Source of the DNA: Eledone cirrhosa
Lineage: Eukaryota
Assembly (NCBI GenBank): GCA_964016885.1
Contig: OZ024745.1
Span: forward strand, 67,146,001 to 67,210,000
DNA length: 64,000 bases
Direction of reading: 5' to 3'
This document shows, in pieces, positions 40,601 through 54,803 of the stretch. A program made the position numbers and the translations under genes. The notes below the pieces were generated by a model that was not told the DNA's origin, did not search any database, and saw only the letters and a program-made list of their open reading frames with translations. Position 1 is the first letter of the stretch. The number at the start of each line of letters is the position of its first letter.

Positions 40601-40688
40601 TGTGTGTGTAAGGTGAGTGGTGTTGGGGGTTGCTACGGTTAAAAAAGGTTCTCAATACGTTGGTAGAGTAAAGGTATGTATATTTCAT

Positions 40689-40764
40689 ATAGAAATGAGT
40701 TCTACAGAACTAAAACTGTTTCATTCGAATGAAACAGTTCTAGACCTGTAAAAGTCATCTCTCT
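40689..40764. mobile_element. Small degenerate hairpin element, family B (as 53981 and 45425)
   Basis: actgtttcattc/gaatgaaacagt fold-back. Confidence 0.65.
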
Positions 40765-40780
40765 CTCTATATATATATAT

Positions 40781-41200
40781 ATACAAGTTAATATAAATTA
40801 ATATATATGATAAAACACAAATACCAACATATAAGTGTTTCTATTGTAAATGACTAAGTTAGCTAGATTGAAAAATACTAATTATAATAATACAGTTTCC
40901 CTGTCTCGATTTAAAATAATAAATCAATAAAAACAAACGATATTGGCAAATGGCCGTGGTACTTGTTTGTTTTTATTGATTTATTATTTTTAATCGAGAT
41001 AGGCAAACTGTATTATTATAATTAGTATTTTTCAATCTAGCTAACCTAGTCATTTACAATACAAACACTTATATGTTGGTATTTGTGTTTTATCATATAT
41101 ATTAATTTATATTAACTTGTATTACACGGCTCAGAAATACTTCTTTCTTTGAGCTATTTCATTGTAAAGGACTGCTTGAGTTTAGAACTCATTATTCTTA

Positions 41201-41202
<2 letters not shown>
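40781..41202 (+). mobile_element. Hairpin+tail element (~165-bp arms) in (TA)n
   Basis: Arms 40781-40948 / 40964-41122; ~80-nt tail. Confidence 0.8.
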
Positions 41203-41235
<33 letters not shown>

Positions 41236-41321
41236 GTCCTTGAAATATGTATAATGAAATAAATATGGTTTATAAATATAGTTTCCATTTGTTAATATCG
41301 ATCGTATATATATATGTATAT

Positions 41322-42039
41322 ATACAAATATAAATTAGCGAGAATCGTATTTCAGCTCAGGAATTAACGAAAATCAACCTCCGAGATGTGTGGCAAGCAC
41401 TCGATGATTCATTTGAATCAGAGCTAAAACATACGTTAAGGGCCAAACACACTGAGATGATGGTTAAACAAATCATCCGCACACCCTAAACAAACGACCA
41501 AGTAATTCGGGTCAAACAATAAAAATATATGTGATTGAAAATTTACCCGGACCCTGGACGGTTGGTAAAATCCATTATTTGGGTTTCTGCGACTCCATAA
41601 ATCAGGTACTGTCCGCCTACATAAAGAATGTTAGGCTTCTGGTAGGATGATTGAACAAGGAAGCCGTGTTATCAACGCGTTTTTGCTCCAAATGCTATAC
41701 ATAAGTGTGACTATTACTGACCCCACGTGGAGTTCAGCAAGGGAGGCAACACTTATATTAGGCGAATGAATTCAGTTGTGTATAATATTGCAAGAATGCA
41801 AAATATCACAAATCGAATAAAGCTCTCGACAGAATGGTTAAAGATAACAAAGCTATTCAACAGTCAATAGAAGCAACTAAAAAAAATCAATAAAATTAAC
41901 TGCTCAATAGCTAGACTCTGGAGATTAATACAAATATAAATTAGCGAGAATCGTATTTCAGCTCAGGAATTAACGAAAATCAACCTCCGAGATGTGTGGC
42001 AAGCGCTCGATGATTCATATGAATCAGAGCTACAACATA
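41322..42039. mobile_element. Non-coding element with ~110-bp terminal direct repeats in (TA)n
   Basis: 41322-41433 matches 41928-42039. Confidence 0.7.
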
Positions 42040-42258
42040 TATATATATATATATATATATAACCTGATTAGTTTTTTCGTTGTTTTTAGTATTGTGTGGC
42101 TAGGTTTACCTGCCGCAATTTTCAATTTGTCAAGCTGTCTAAACGTATGTTATTAGTCTAAGGCCTACAACCTTATTGAGTGCTTTGCTGCACATTCCTA
42201 ATTGTAGGTCGTTAGCTTGGCCACAGCCAACACTTCGATTTTACTAAGCTTCCACTTG

Positions 42259-42390
<132 letters not shown>

Positions 42391-42391
42391 C

Positions 42392-42474
<83 letters not shown>

Positions 42475-42720
42475 GAGATTCCGTCGGAAAGGTCCAGGAA
42501 AAAAGAGTGCTCTATGTAGGTCACAGAGCTTATTAGTTATGTAATAAACAACATAAGATAATTATTTCAATTACGAGTGGTTTCTTGAAAGCAACCAAAA
42601 TGTAAGTACGTATGAATGTGTGTATATATGTATGTGTATGTATATATATGTATATATATATGTATATATATGTATATATATATGTATGTGTGCGCATGTA
42701 TATATATATGTATATATACA

Positions 42721-42753
<33 letters not shown>

Positions 42754-43159
42754 GTGTTGGTGTATATATATATGTATGTGTGTGTATATGTGTCTCTGTG
42801 TATATATATGTGTATATATGCGTGTATATATGTATAAGGTGATGCATTGTGTTCTTGAACAAGACACTTCACTTCACATAGCATTTACATTATATATACA
42901 ATTGTATTATATTTTCACAGTAAGGGCTTTACCTCACACAATATCTCACATAACATTTACAATACTCTATATATACTATTATATTTTCATGGTAAAGGCT
43001 TTACCTCATATTATCTCACATAATATTGAATCTATGAGATTTTGATATTATTTACTTTGAGAACAATACCTTAACATCAGTATGAGCAGCTGGTTACAGC
43101 CGGTTCGAAGAGGTGAAAATATTCTGGCCCGATATGGCCGATTTAAATGCTAAAGGGTT

Positions 43160-43580
43160 AAAACACCCAAACGTGTTGTGATATGAGGCTTGTGGGAGAC
43201 CAGCTAAACCTATTTAGGTGTGAGCTATATAAACAGCAACATGATAGGATTGGGAACCTTATCGTTATAATACACAAGAAGCCTCCTTTGTGATACAGCC
43301 TTGTAGGAGACCAGCTGAACCTAATAACATAAGACTGGGGTCCCTATCATTAAAACACCCAAGAAACCTCCTATTAGATACAACCTTGTTGGAGGCCAGC
43401 TAAACCTACATAGGTGTGAGATGTAACAACCTGATAGGACTGGGGTCCCTATCAATAAAACACCCAAGAATCCTCCTATAAGATACAACCTTGTAGGAGG
43501 CCAGCTAAACCTGCATGCGTGTGAGCTGTAACATGATAGAACTGGGGTCCCTATCATTAAAACACCCACAAAACCTCCTA
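43160..43580. repeat. Minisatellite, ~90-120-bp units
   Basis: Recurring ggactggggtccctatcattaaaacacccaagaa..ccagctaaacct. Confidence 0.8.
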
Positions 43581-43609
43581 CAAACCAACACAGAAATCAT
43601 ATATCACAA

Positions 43610-44365
43610 GAGACATGCTTCATTGGACATACTGCTGTCATGCTTCAGTGAACACACAAAAAATTTACAGTCACACCACATTCAACATTATTCTGTCATG
43701 CTCCGCTGAACACACCACTACACACAGTCAACACACTGTCATGCATCACTGGACACACCACATCCAATGGAAATCATGTGTGCAAGTCAATCACGGTTCA
43801 TTGAACACACGAACTTACTGCTGTCATGCATCACTGAATTATACTGCTTCCAACAAAAACCATGTGCCATGCGTCATTGGGCACACTACCACCATGCTCC
43901 ATTGAACACTCCATTAATTATAGTAAATTCACTGCTGTTTTAGTTCATGCATTACTGAACACACTACCTTGAATGGAAATCAGATCTGCTTAACGTTATG
44001 GCTCACTGGACACACTCCTACTATAACGCTCCACTGAATACACCACCACTTACTGTGTCACGCAACAGCGAACACATTGCTGTCATGGTCCACTAAAATA
44101 CTCACTACTTCCAACAGAAATGATAAGAAGGCATCATGCTTCAGTGAATAATGTATTTACAACAGAAATCACAAGTGTCATGCTTCGTTGATCACAACTC
44201 CATCACACCACATCATAGCTGTCATTGCTCAGTAAACAATACTACTACTAGTCACGCTTCGGTGACATGACAAAGAAACAAAGTCACCTGCACCCACATT
44301 GCTGTTGTCATGCTTGAATTAGTAAATACCTAAGTAACTAGATCTCATGCTCAGTGAACATTACA
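43610..44365. repeat. Degenerate tandem repeat
   Basis: Recurring ctgtcatgcttcactgaacacac-like motif. Confidence 0.65.
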
Positions 44366-45219
44366 GGACTTTTTGACACAGCCTCAACATTTTGAATAAA
44401 TAAATATTTTAAAAATATAACGATTGGTGCTGTAGCATGGCCAGAGTCTAATGGCTGGAACCAGTGACTAGAGTAAAACATTCACGCCTAAGTGAAAATG
44501 AATGTTTATAGATGTACCTCAGTGAACCAACGTATGTATGTATATATGTGTGTATATGTATGTGATGACCCCTTAGCCTTTGTCCGGGAGAGGCGACCCC
44601 TTAGCCTTTGTCAAGGCAGAATTCTAGGAGAAGCAAAACTCTGATATAACACCTGCAACCCTGATGGTATCCAATGATGTTGACTTGTTCTTCTTTTTGG
44701 TAAATATCATCTTGAGAGTGGGACTGGCTTTTTGGTAAATATCATCAAGAGAGTGGGACTGGCTTTGTGCAGTGCCTTTGCTCACTATAAAAGCTTCACA
44801 GCACAGGCATTTCTTTATATTTGGAGATCTCTCTGCACTTGTCGTCACATGGTACCATGGGCCCAGCACTATGTGTCAATAATTGTCACAAGTGTAGTGT
44901 TTGTACCAGAGTTTTCAAGTCGGTGGCTGGACTAAAAAGTCACACTCGTTCAGCGCATCGGTAGGGGTTCTCCTACATGGATATAAAGTAGTGGCCGTAC
45001 TCGAAAACGAGTGGCAGCCACCATATATGTATATATATATGTATATATGTGTGTATATGTGAGTGTGTGTGCGTGTGTGCGTGAGTGTGTGTACGTGTGT
45101 GTTGTTATATATTCTTATTTATTATTCTGCCCCCCCCCCTTTTTTTTCCTCCAGCCTCACTTTCATATCTGTTATATTTTTGTTTTTCAAATCCACTGTC
45201 AATAAAGACACCAGGATTT

Positions 45220-45279
45220 TTTCATTCTGATGAATGAAAGCAATTTTGGTTGCTTTCAAGAAACCACTGGTAAATGAAA
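45220..45279 (+). ncRNA. Type I hammerhead ribozyme; truncated inverse copy at 42533-42601
   Basis: tttcatt-CTGATGA-atgaaagcaa..ttgctttcaa-GAAAC-cactg-GTA-aatgaaa. Confidence 0.85.
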
Positions 45280-45308
45280 TAATTATGTTATGTTGTTTAC
45301 TACATAAC

Positions 45309-45393
<85 letters not shown>

Positions 45394-45478
45394 GTATATA
45401 TATGTATATATATATATATTTAATATAGAAAAGGCTTCTACAGGACCAGAACTGTTTCATTCGGGAGAAAGCATCAGG

Positions 45479-45722
<244 letters not shown>

Positions 45723-45948
45723 GAATGTAATAGTGTCGTCCTTCAATGACTGTTAGAGAAATGATTTGATTTGATTTTGCGAAATCAGTTTGGCGATATT
45801 TTTTTTCTTTACATTACCTTTGAATTAAGACACAACTGTTAAATTCTTCTCTGTATATTTACATTATTGTTCTTATATGTTTCTGTATCTGTATATACAA
45901 CTGAATTGTTTAATATATCTGCGAATGCATCTGTATGTTAATGCATGG

Positions 45949-46087
45949 CTGTATTGTTTAATCTAGTGGTCAATATTTCAAAAGGGGATAGGGGGTTGTA
46001 AGAGCTGAATACCAGGCTACCACAGTATTCAGCTCTTACAACCCCTATCCCCTTTTGAACTATTGACCACTAGATTAAACAATACAG
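45949..46087. repeat. Inverted repeat (~65-bp arms) with a degenerate hammerhead-like motif at ~46248-46290
   Basis: ctgtattgtttaatctagtggtcaat / attgaccactagattaaacaatacag; gatg..catc-GAAACCGGTA. Confidence 0.75.
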
Positions 46088-46371
46088 TTGCAGCATATTT
46101 TTCACATCAACAAAACAACTTGTTCTCATTCCCAGCCAACTTTTCAGGAAGCATGATGGAAGAAATTTTACTCAAACATTCGATTTTGATTTTAATTTTA
46201 AACCTTTCTTTACTCCTACCAACTCTTTTTAATTACTTTTTTCATTGAATTTGACAAGATGGATCTTAATACATCGAAACCGGTAATTTTCTCATATACT
46301 TTATATACTTCATGAAAAATGTTTTTAAAAGAATTGCTCCACTCTTTTTTTAATAACATTATCTTTTAATA

Positions 46372-46563
46372 AGGGCGGTGGATTGGCAGTGTCGGTAGAG
46401 GGTCGGACGCCATGCTTTCCAGCATAGTTACGTCCCTTTACGATCTGAGTTCAAATCCCGCCGAGGTTGACTTTGCCTTTCATCTTTACGAGGTCGATAA
46501 AATAAAGTACCAGGTAATGCACTGGGTAATTGCTGGCCTTGTGCCTAAAAGTAGAAACAATTA
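46372..46563 (+). mobile_element. tRNA-derived SINE
   Basis: Same family as 28186. Confidence 0.88.
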
Positions 46564-46662
46564 TCCTTTTAATAACACTATCTTTTCAATAATGTCACTT
46601 TAACGAATCAAAAAAGAAAAACAAACCCTTAAATATATCTCCCGTGCTATTTCCAACTTCAT

Positions 46663-46763
<101 letters not shown>

Positions 46764-47087
46764 TACGCTAAATTAATTTAATAGTAGAATAAGTACGTAG
46801 AGAGAAACAATATAGATATCATTGAAGAAGAGATAGAAACATCTTTATTCAATATACACTTCTTTTACTTTCATATTAAAAAGAATTGTTTCTGTTCTAT
46901 TTAATTCTTTATGTAACGAACAGAACAGTAATTAATTATATAACAGAGACCTTCCTTTAAATATATTAAGGAATAAACGTTTGTAGGAAAAATTGGTTTA
47001 TGATTAATACATGGACACGTCCTAATTGAAATATAACGAAGTATTTATATCCACACATACGCACACACAAACACACAAACATATATT

Positions 47088-47295
<208 letters not shown>

Positions 47296-47416
47296 AGGTG
47301 AGTTTTATTGTAGTACAATAAAGCAATGCAGATATCGGATAAGAAGCACTCTACAGTTTGTAGGACTGGAGTATACATAATATAAGATCAAAAGATGGTT
47401 AAAGGAGTTCCATGTA

Positions 47417-47483
47417 TTTTATTATGCGCATTTCAAAAACAAACATCATCATGCAATAATATTTGTGTTTTCATCAGATAAAA
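47417..47483 (-). ncRNA. Minimal hammerhead ribozyme in pLTR
   Basis: Reverse complement of 52380-52446. Confidence 0.85.
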
Positions 47484-48469
47484 CAGGAGAACATGATATG
47501 AAGGCTAAAAAACACTTGTGGATAGTGCAGTTTTAAATCAACATATGAAAAGTGGTTTTAGATTGATGTGTGATATTGGGAAAAATATTTTATTTAGAGA
47601 GGGGGGGTGGAAAGGATGAAAAAGGGGAGGAGATGAGAGGGAGAGATGGGTGATAGAGAGAAAGAAAGAGATAGTTTTTATAACTGACAGGAGATATATT
47701 GTTTTACATAGAGAGGTTGAAAACCGTTGGAAGATAATGTATAAATTAAAAATTTGAAATTAACGAAGGGAGGATATGTGCGAGGAAAGAATATTTTATT
47801 TATGGAGGGGGGGGGAGGAAAAAAGGGGGAGGAGATGAGAGTGAAGGTGGAGAGGGAGAGATGGGTGATAGAGAGAAAGAGATAGTTTTTATAACTGAGA
47901 AAAAGATATATTGTTTTACATAAATTAAAGGAATTTGAAAATTAACGAAGGGAATTTATGTATGAAGATACAGAGAAAAAATAATAATTGTGGATGAATA
48001 TTCTAACGTCAAAAAAAGTGTGTGTTGATAAGTATTGTGGCAATTTCAAAATTAACGAAGAGAAAAATTATTAAGGTTTGTGTGTAGAAGGATTTGAGAA
48101 AAATAATGTGAAGTTAAAGTTGATAATATATGCGAATAAAGAGTTAATATGTATTAAGAATGAGTTCGTTGATGGGGAGAAAAAAAAAAAATAAAATAAA
48201 ATAAATTAAGGATGAAATTGAGATTAAAAAGATTTATGATAGAGAGAAAAAATAATAATGATTGCGGATGAATATTCTAACGTCAAAAAAATAAATGTAT
48301 ATGTTATGAAGGATTTTACAAGGTGAAAATAGAATGAGGGTAATGAGTAAACAAGTGTTATAGAGTGTATAATGGCCTTTAAAGTAAGGTGGGAAGATGG
48401 GTATATTTTAAAGAGGTGTATGTATATGTGCCTTTGAGAAAAGATTCTAAATTGATAAAGAATTGAATA

Positions 48470-49812
48470 TTAACTGTATACTTTGTGAAAAGTCCTATGG
48501 AATTTATGGAGGCAGATAGAAAATAAATCTGTACGTCTATTTATTATAGAATCTAGGTTAGAGATAATGGTAAATTTTTCATTTAGGCAGAGATTACAGA
48601 TTTTAGATAGAGAGCTGTTCAAGTATGAGGATGCAGAAGAAACCTTCTTCCAAAAGATGGTATATTTAATGTTTTTGTCTTTTAAGGACCATATGAGTTC
48701 TGAGAGAGCAGTGTTGGTTCTTTTAAGTTTGTATTTGAAAGATGAATGATGATTATAGAGACGAGCTTTAAAAGAGGTGGAAGTGGAGCCAAAATAGGTG
48801 AAGGAATTGGTGCTAGTTATAATTTTACATTCATAAATTAAGTTTTTATCGAGACAATGGTTGTTGAGAGGACATTTATTTTTAATGCGGCAGTTGCAAT
48901 TAGAGAGATTATTAATGAGTGACCTAGTGTTATCTATAGAAGGAATTGGATTGGAGAAGTTGTTTGCGATAGGAATAATAGGAATAATAGTTTCTTGATT
49001 TAGAGTTGGATTATGAACATTTAGCGAAGTTGTGTTTGACGTTGTATTTGTGTTTACAGAAGTTAGCCTAGGGTTTACAATGACGTCGGGAGTACTATTA
49101 CTGTTATTATGAAACTCAATGTTGGAAGGAAGAGATTTAGTATTTAGTATTTTATTGTTGTGTTTAGAGATGATGTTGGAAATATTGGAGGATGTAGAAT
49201 AAGAACATTTGATGGTGTGTTTGTTAAATATTTTACTATAGATATGTGAGGGAGGGAAGCATTTATTTAAGGCACTAAAAAATAATTTAGGAATATTGTT
49301 ATTAATAGAGATGGAGAAAGGAGCATTATACCAGATTACGTTTTTGTATCTAGGTCTTTTATTAAAATTATTGGAATGATCATGATTAATTATTCTACTG
49401 TAAGTTTTTCTAGAATTTGTTTCTTTACTATATTTGATTTTATCTGGATAGCCGGCTTTAGAAAGTGCGTTATTATAGTAATTGGCGTTAGCATCAAAGA
49501 TGTTTTTATTAGAGGATATGTTAGATATTCTTTTTCCAATATTACTAACTATAGCATTCTTGATATTGGTAGGATGGTTAGATTTAAAGTTAACATAATT
49601 TAGGTTCTCATTGTTTTTATGGTAAGGGTAATATAGGCCAGTGTCAAGATTAAGAGATACATCCAAGAAATTAGCTAGTTTGATACTATTATCAAATTCA
49701 ATTTTTAGGTTATGTTGGTTAAAGAGATTACGTATATTGTTCTTAATAATATTAAGGTTAACTATATTGCAATTTAGGATAGTAAAGAGTCCATCGTCAC
49801 GATAAATTCCAC
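48470..49812 (-). CDS. 5'-truncated PLE RT/GIY-YIG ORF (left arm)
   Basis: IYRDDG, FLDV, SNHP, CNCR..CPL..C, LIY..YFG..FKARLYNH, CNLCLNEK..C.H. Confidence 0.85.
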
Positions 49813-51389
49813 TCAATAATGCTCTATCTTTCGCACTTAAATATTCTGACATCACCACAGATGAACTTCACATCATCCTCACCGCACGTAAAACCATCCT
49901 AGAGTTCAACAACGAATATTGGACCAGAGCCGATACCTCTAACAACTTCGATATCACAATGGGAGCATCCGATTCATCCCAATTGACTGATTTAATTGGT
50001 ATCTTCATTTTGAACTCTTTGAGTCGGAAAATTCCTCAACTTCGCGGTGGAATTTGTCGTGACGATGGACTCTTTACTATCCTAAATTGCAATATAGTTA
50101 ACCTTAATATTATTAAGAACAATATACGTAATCTCTTTAACCAACATAACCTAAAAATTGAATTTGATAATAGTATCAAACTAGCTAATTTCTTGGATGT
50201 ATCTCTTAATCTTGACACTGGCCTATATTACCCTTACCATAAAAACAATGAGAACCTAAATTATGTTAACTTTAAATCTAACCATCCTACCAATATCAAG
50301 AATGCTATAGTTAGTAATATTGGAAAAAGAATATCTAACATATCCTCTAATAAAAACATCTTTGATGCTAACGCCAATTACTATAATAACGCACTTTCTA
50401 AAGCCGGCTATCCAGATAAAATCAAATATAGTAAAGAAACAAATTCTAGAAAAACTTACAGTAGAATAATTAATCGTGATCATTCCAATAATTTTAATAA
50501 AAGACCTAGATACAAAAACGTAATCTGGTATAATGCTCCTTTCTCCATCTCTATTAATAACAATATTCCTAAATTATTTTTTAGTGCCTTAAATAAATGC
50601 TTCCCTCCCTCACATATCTATAGTAAAATATTTAACAAACACACCATCAAATGTTCTTATTCTACATCCTCCAATATTTCCAACATCATCTCTAAACACA
50701 ACAATAAAATACTAAATACTAAATCTCTTCCTTCCAACATTGAGTTTCATAATAACAGTAATAGTACTCCCGACGTCATTGTAAACCCTAGGCTAACTTC
50801 TGTAAACACAAATACAACGTCAAACACAACTTCGCTAAATGTTCATAATCCAACTCTAAATCAAGAAACTATTATTCCTATTATTCCTATCGCAAACAAC
50901 TTCTCCAATCCAATTCCTTCTATAGATAACACTAGGTCACTCATTAATAATCTCTCTAATTGCAACTGCCGCATTAAAAATAAATGTCCTCTCAACAACC
51001 ATTGTCTCGATAAAAACTTAATTTATGAATGTAAAATTATAACTAGCACCAATTCCTTCACCTATTTTGGCTCCACTTCCACCTCTTTTAAAGCTCGTCT
51101 CTATAATCATCATTCATCTTTCAAATACAAACTTAAAAGAACCAACACTGCTCTCTCAGAACTCATATGGTCCTTAAAAGACAAAAACATTAAATATACC
51201 ATCTTTTGGAAGAAGGTTTCTTCTGCATCCTCATACTTGAACAGCTCTCTATCTAAAATCTATAATCTCTGCCTAAATGAAAAATTTACCATTATCTCTA
51301 ACCTAGATTCTATAATAAATAGACGTACAGATTTATTTTCTATCTGCCTCCATAAATTCCATAGGACTTTTCACAAAGTATACAGTTAA
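49812..51389 (+). CDS. 5'-truncated PLE RT/GIY-YIG ORF (right arm)
   Basis: Open frame from 49812 through FDITMGASDS; CRDDG variant at the catalytic motif. Confidence 0.85.
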   Translation, partial: LNNALSFALKYSDITTDELHIILTARKTILEFNNEYWTRADTSNNFDITMGASDSSQLTDLIGIFILNSLSRKIPQLRGGICRDDGLFTILNCNIVNLNIIKNNIRNLFNQHNLKIEFDNSIKLANFLDVSLNLDTGLYYPYHKNNENLNYVNFKSNHPTNIKNAIVSNIGKRISNISSNKNIFDANANYYNNALSKAGYPDKIKYSKETNSRKTYSRIINRDHSNNFNKRPRYKNVIWYNAPFSISINNNIPKLFFSALNKCFPPSHIYSKIFNKHTIKCSYSTSSNISNIISKHNNKILNTKSLPSNIEFHNNSNSTPDVIVNPRLTSVNTNTTSNTTSLNVHNPTLNQETIIPIIPIANNFSNPIPSIDNTRSLINNLSNCNCRIKNKCPLNNHCLDKNLIYECKIITSTNSFTYFGSTSTSFKARLYNHHSSFKYKLKRTNTALSELIWSLKDKNIKYTIFWKKVSSASSYLNSSLSKIYNLCLNEKFTIISNLDSIINRRTDLFSICLHKFHRTFHKVYS

Positions 51390-52379
51390 TATTCAATTCT
51401 TTATCAATTTAGAATCTTTTCTCAAAGGCACATATACATACACCTCTTTAAAATATACCCATCTTCCCACCTTACTTTAAAGGCCATTATACACTCTATA
51501 ACACTAGTTTACTCATTACCCTCATTCTATCTTCACCTTGTAAAATCCTTCATAACATATACATTTATTTTTTTGACGTTAGAATATTCATCCGCAATCA
51601 TTATTATTTTTTCTCTCTATCATAAATCTTTTTAATCTCAATTTCATCCTTAATTTATTTTATTTTATTTTTTTTTTTTTCTCCCCATCAACGAACTCAT
51701 TCTTAATACATATTAACTCTTTATTCGCATATATTATCAACTTTAACTTCACATTATTTTTCTCAAATCCTTCTACACACAAACCTTAATAATTTTTCTC
51801 TTCGTTAATTTTGAAATTGCCACAATACTTATCAACACACACTTTTTTTGACGTTAGAATATTCATCCACAATTATTATTTTTTCTCTCTATCTTCATAC
51901 ATAAATTCCCTTCGTTAATTTTCAAATTCCTTTAATTTATGTAAAACAATATATCTTTTTCTCAGTTATAAAAACTATCTCTTTCTCTCTATCACCCATC
52001 TCTCCCTCTCCACCTTCACTCTCATCTCCTCCCCCTTTTTTCATCCTCCCCCCCCCTCCATAAATAAAATATTCTTTCCTCGCACATATCCTCCCTTCGT
52101 TAATTTCAAATTTTTAATTTATACATTATCTTCCAACGGTTTTCAACCTCTCTATGTAAAACAATATATCTCCTGTCAGTTATAAAAACTATCTCTTTCT
52201 TTCTCTCTATCACCCATCTCTCCCTCTCATCTCCTCCCCTTTTTCATCCTTTCCACCCCCCCTCTCTAAATAAAATATTTTTCCCAATATCACACATCAA
52301 TCTAAAACCACTTTTCATATGTTGATTTAAAACTGCACTATCCACAAGTGTTTTTTAGCCTTCATATCATGTTCTCCTG

Positions 52380-52446
52380 TTTTATCTGATGAAAACACAA
52401 ATATTATTGCATGATGATGTTTGTTTTTGAAATGCGCATAATAAAA
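52380..52446 (+). ncRNA. Minimal hammerhead ribozyme in pLTR
   Basis: ttttat-CTGATGA..GAAA-TGCGCA-TA-ataaaa. Confidence 0.85.
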
Positions 52447-52478
52447 TACATGGAACTCCTTTAACCATCTTTTGATCT

Positions 52479-52528
<50 letters not shown>

Positions 52529-52530
<2 letters not shown>

Positions 52531-52900
52531 AGAAAGAAGAGTGACATGGTTTGCATACATTCTCGCATGCTCTGACGAATAGACTGGTTATAACAAAGTA
52601 TTAGTGATCGATTGACGCAAAAACAGGCGGGTAGCGATGTCTAGACCTACCAGTTCAGAGAAACAATTGTCAGCAATGTGAATAAAGCCCTTATTGTATA
52701 GCAAACCATGTCACTCTTCTTTTTTTATTTATTATTACTCCAAATGTAAACTACATAGAAATCACTGCGTACTCGCAGCATCACTATGGAAACGTTTTGT
52801 AGAGTCAAACTTAGCCAAGCGTTAGTACTATCCACTAGTCGGAGTACCCTAACTGGACTACATCTAAGTGGACTACCTATAACAATAATTTGTTATCCCG
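52529..52900 (+). mobile_element. Short element with hammerhead (52559-52683) and inverted 5' piece, in (TA)n
   Basis: gcatgct-CTGACGA..actggt..accagt..GAAA-CAATTG-TC-agcaatgt; 52534-52558 is the inverse of ~52696-52721. Confidence 0.78.
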
Positions 52901-52921
52901 TATATATATATATATATATAT

Positions 52922-53129
52922 ATAGGAACGAGTAGGACCCCGACGGCTGAGCTCAAGCCGTTTCGACGGCTAATTCTGGACTAAAAGATTTTAGTCCAGA
53001 ATTATCCGTCGAAACGGCTTGAACTCAGCCGTCGGGGTCCTACTCGTTCCTATTACCCACTCTACTACCCTAGGTATTGAGTACTTTGGTGCGTTATGGT
53101 CCATCTGGTTCCTTACCACATTTCCTTCG

Positions 53130-53131
<2 letters not shown>
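52922..53131 (+). mobile_element. Hairpin+tail element, family A
   Basis: Fold at ~52988; same tail. Confidence 0.85.
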
Positions 53132-53183
<52 letters not shown>

Positions 53184-53189
53184 GTGTGT

Positions 53190-53253
<64 letters not shown>

Positions 53254-53331
53254 GCATATATATATATATATCCCTGTATATATATATATATATATTCATA
53301 CGTATATATCCACATAAATAGACATATATAT

Positions 53332-53362
<31 letters not shown>

Positions 53363-53380
53363 CATATGCATATATATATA

Positions 53381-53485
<105 letters not shown>

Positions 53486-53876
53486 TCTTATTGAATATTA
53501 AAAAGGGAAAATAAATGTATAAACGCTCATAGCTGTATACAGATATTAATCACATCAGGCGAACACGGAAACACAAATGCATACATACGTATAGTTATTT
53601 GAATAGGCTCCCAAAAACGAAAGTACCCATCAATCTAATAATTATTTCTACTTTTGGCACAAGGCCATCCCATCAATCTAATAATACAAACATAGTAATC
53701 GATAAGAAGATTTGACAATATAACATGAGCAAGATTAATCGCAAGTTTGATTTTTTAAATTAAAAATTAAACTTAGATTAAGAAAATATCACCACATCCA
53801 CCGGATGGTGAAACTGTTAAACTATTAGCAGTAATCTACGCTGAAGGACTATTAATTTATATTTACAATTCTTTCG

Positions 53877-53958
<82 letters not shown>

Positions 53959-53980
53959 CTATATATATATATATATATAT

Positions 53981-54148
53981 ATAGAAGGAGCTTCTACAGG
54001 ACTAGTACTGTTTCATTCAGATGATTTCATCTGAATGAAACAGTACTAGTCCTGTAGAAGCTCCTTCTATAAAATAAAAAACTTTTACTCTGCCATGTAT
54101 TGAGTACCTTACTTACTGTGGTTATCCCCGACTCAACCCGGGACCTAC

Positions 54149-54150
<2 letters not shown>
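53981..54150 (+). mobile_element. Hairpin+tail element, family B
   Basis: Perfect arms 53981-54023 / 54028-54070; GAAACAGTACTAGTC; 80-nt tail. Confidence 0.85.
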
Positions 54151-54200
<50 letters not shown>

Positions 54201-54267
54201 AAGGTTTAGCAAATAATGAAAAAGTTTCGAAATAAATTTTAAAAAATTGACTTTACCTACTATAGTT

Positions 54268-54350
54268 ACCTTTACCGATCGGTTTCGAATCCCAAAAATA
54301 AACGGAGGCCATACGGCCTTCGTTGCAAAGAAAGATTCTCGTCAGAAGGT
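54268..54350 (-). ncRNA. Hammerhead ribozyme within a (TA)n-flanked element (54197-54602)
   Basis: acctt-CTGACGA-gaatc..gattc-GAAAC-CGATCG-GTA-aaggt. Confidence 0.85.
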
Positions 54351-54600
54351 TCTTTTCATTCGAAGAATATAAAATTCTTGAATTTAAATTACGAACTAGC
54401 GCTATCCAAAACTGTTCCCGAGATGAGAGTGAATGAAGTGGAATCAATTTTTTCAAGGGCCGAAGTAAAGATAGAGGCAGAGGGAGGTAGGTCAACCGGC
54501 CGCAACTATCACTAGCAGCAGTCGGAACGACCAAATTTGCTTCTCAACAATAGAGGAGAATAGTAATAATAGGATATGTATTCCTTCACGCACAAGGCGC

Positions 54601-54690
<90 letters not shown>

Positions 54691-54803
54691 TCGCTCTCTC
54701 GTTCTCTCTCTTGCTCTCTCTCCCCTTTCTCTCTCCCCTGCCCTCTCTCTCTCTCTATCTAACTATCTATCTACCTATCTATCTCTCTATCTATCTATCT
54801 CTC

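Noticed and set aside
43160-44365. Possible CRISPR-like array
   Set aside because: Whole units are mutually similar and degenerate, with no unique spacers or cas genes, in a eukaryotic context
44624-44940. Possible host exon
   Set aside because: No recognisable domain or splice support; contains only a ~33-bp tandem duplication
48470-51389. Selenocysteine recoding, reported for some Naiads
   Set aside because: No in-frame TGA in the visible ORFs
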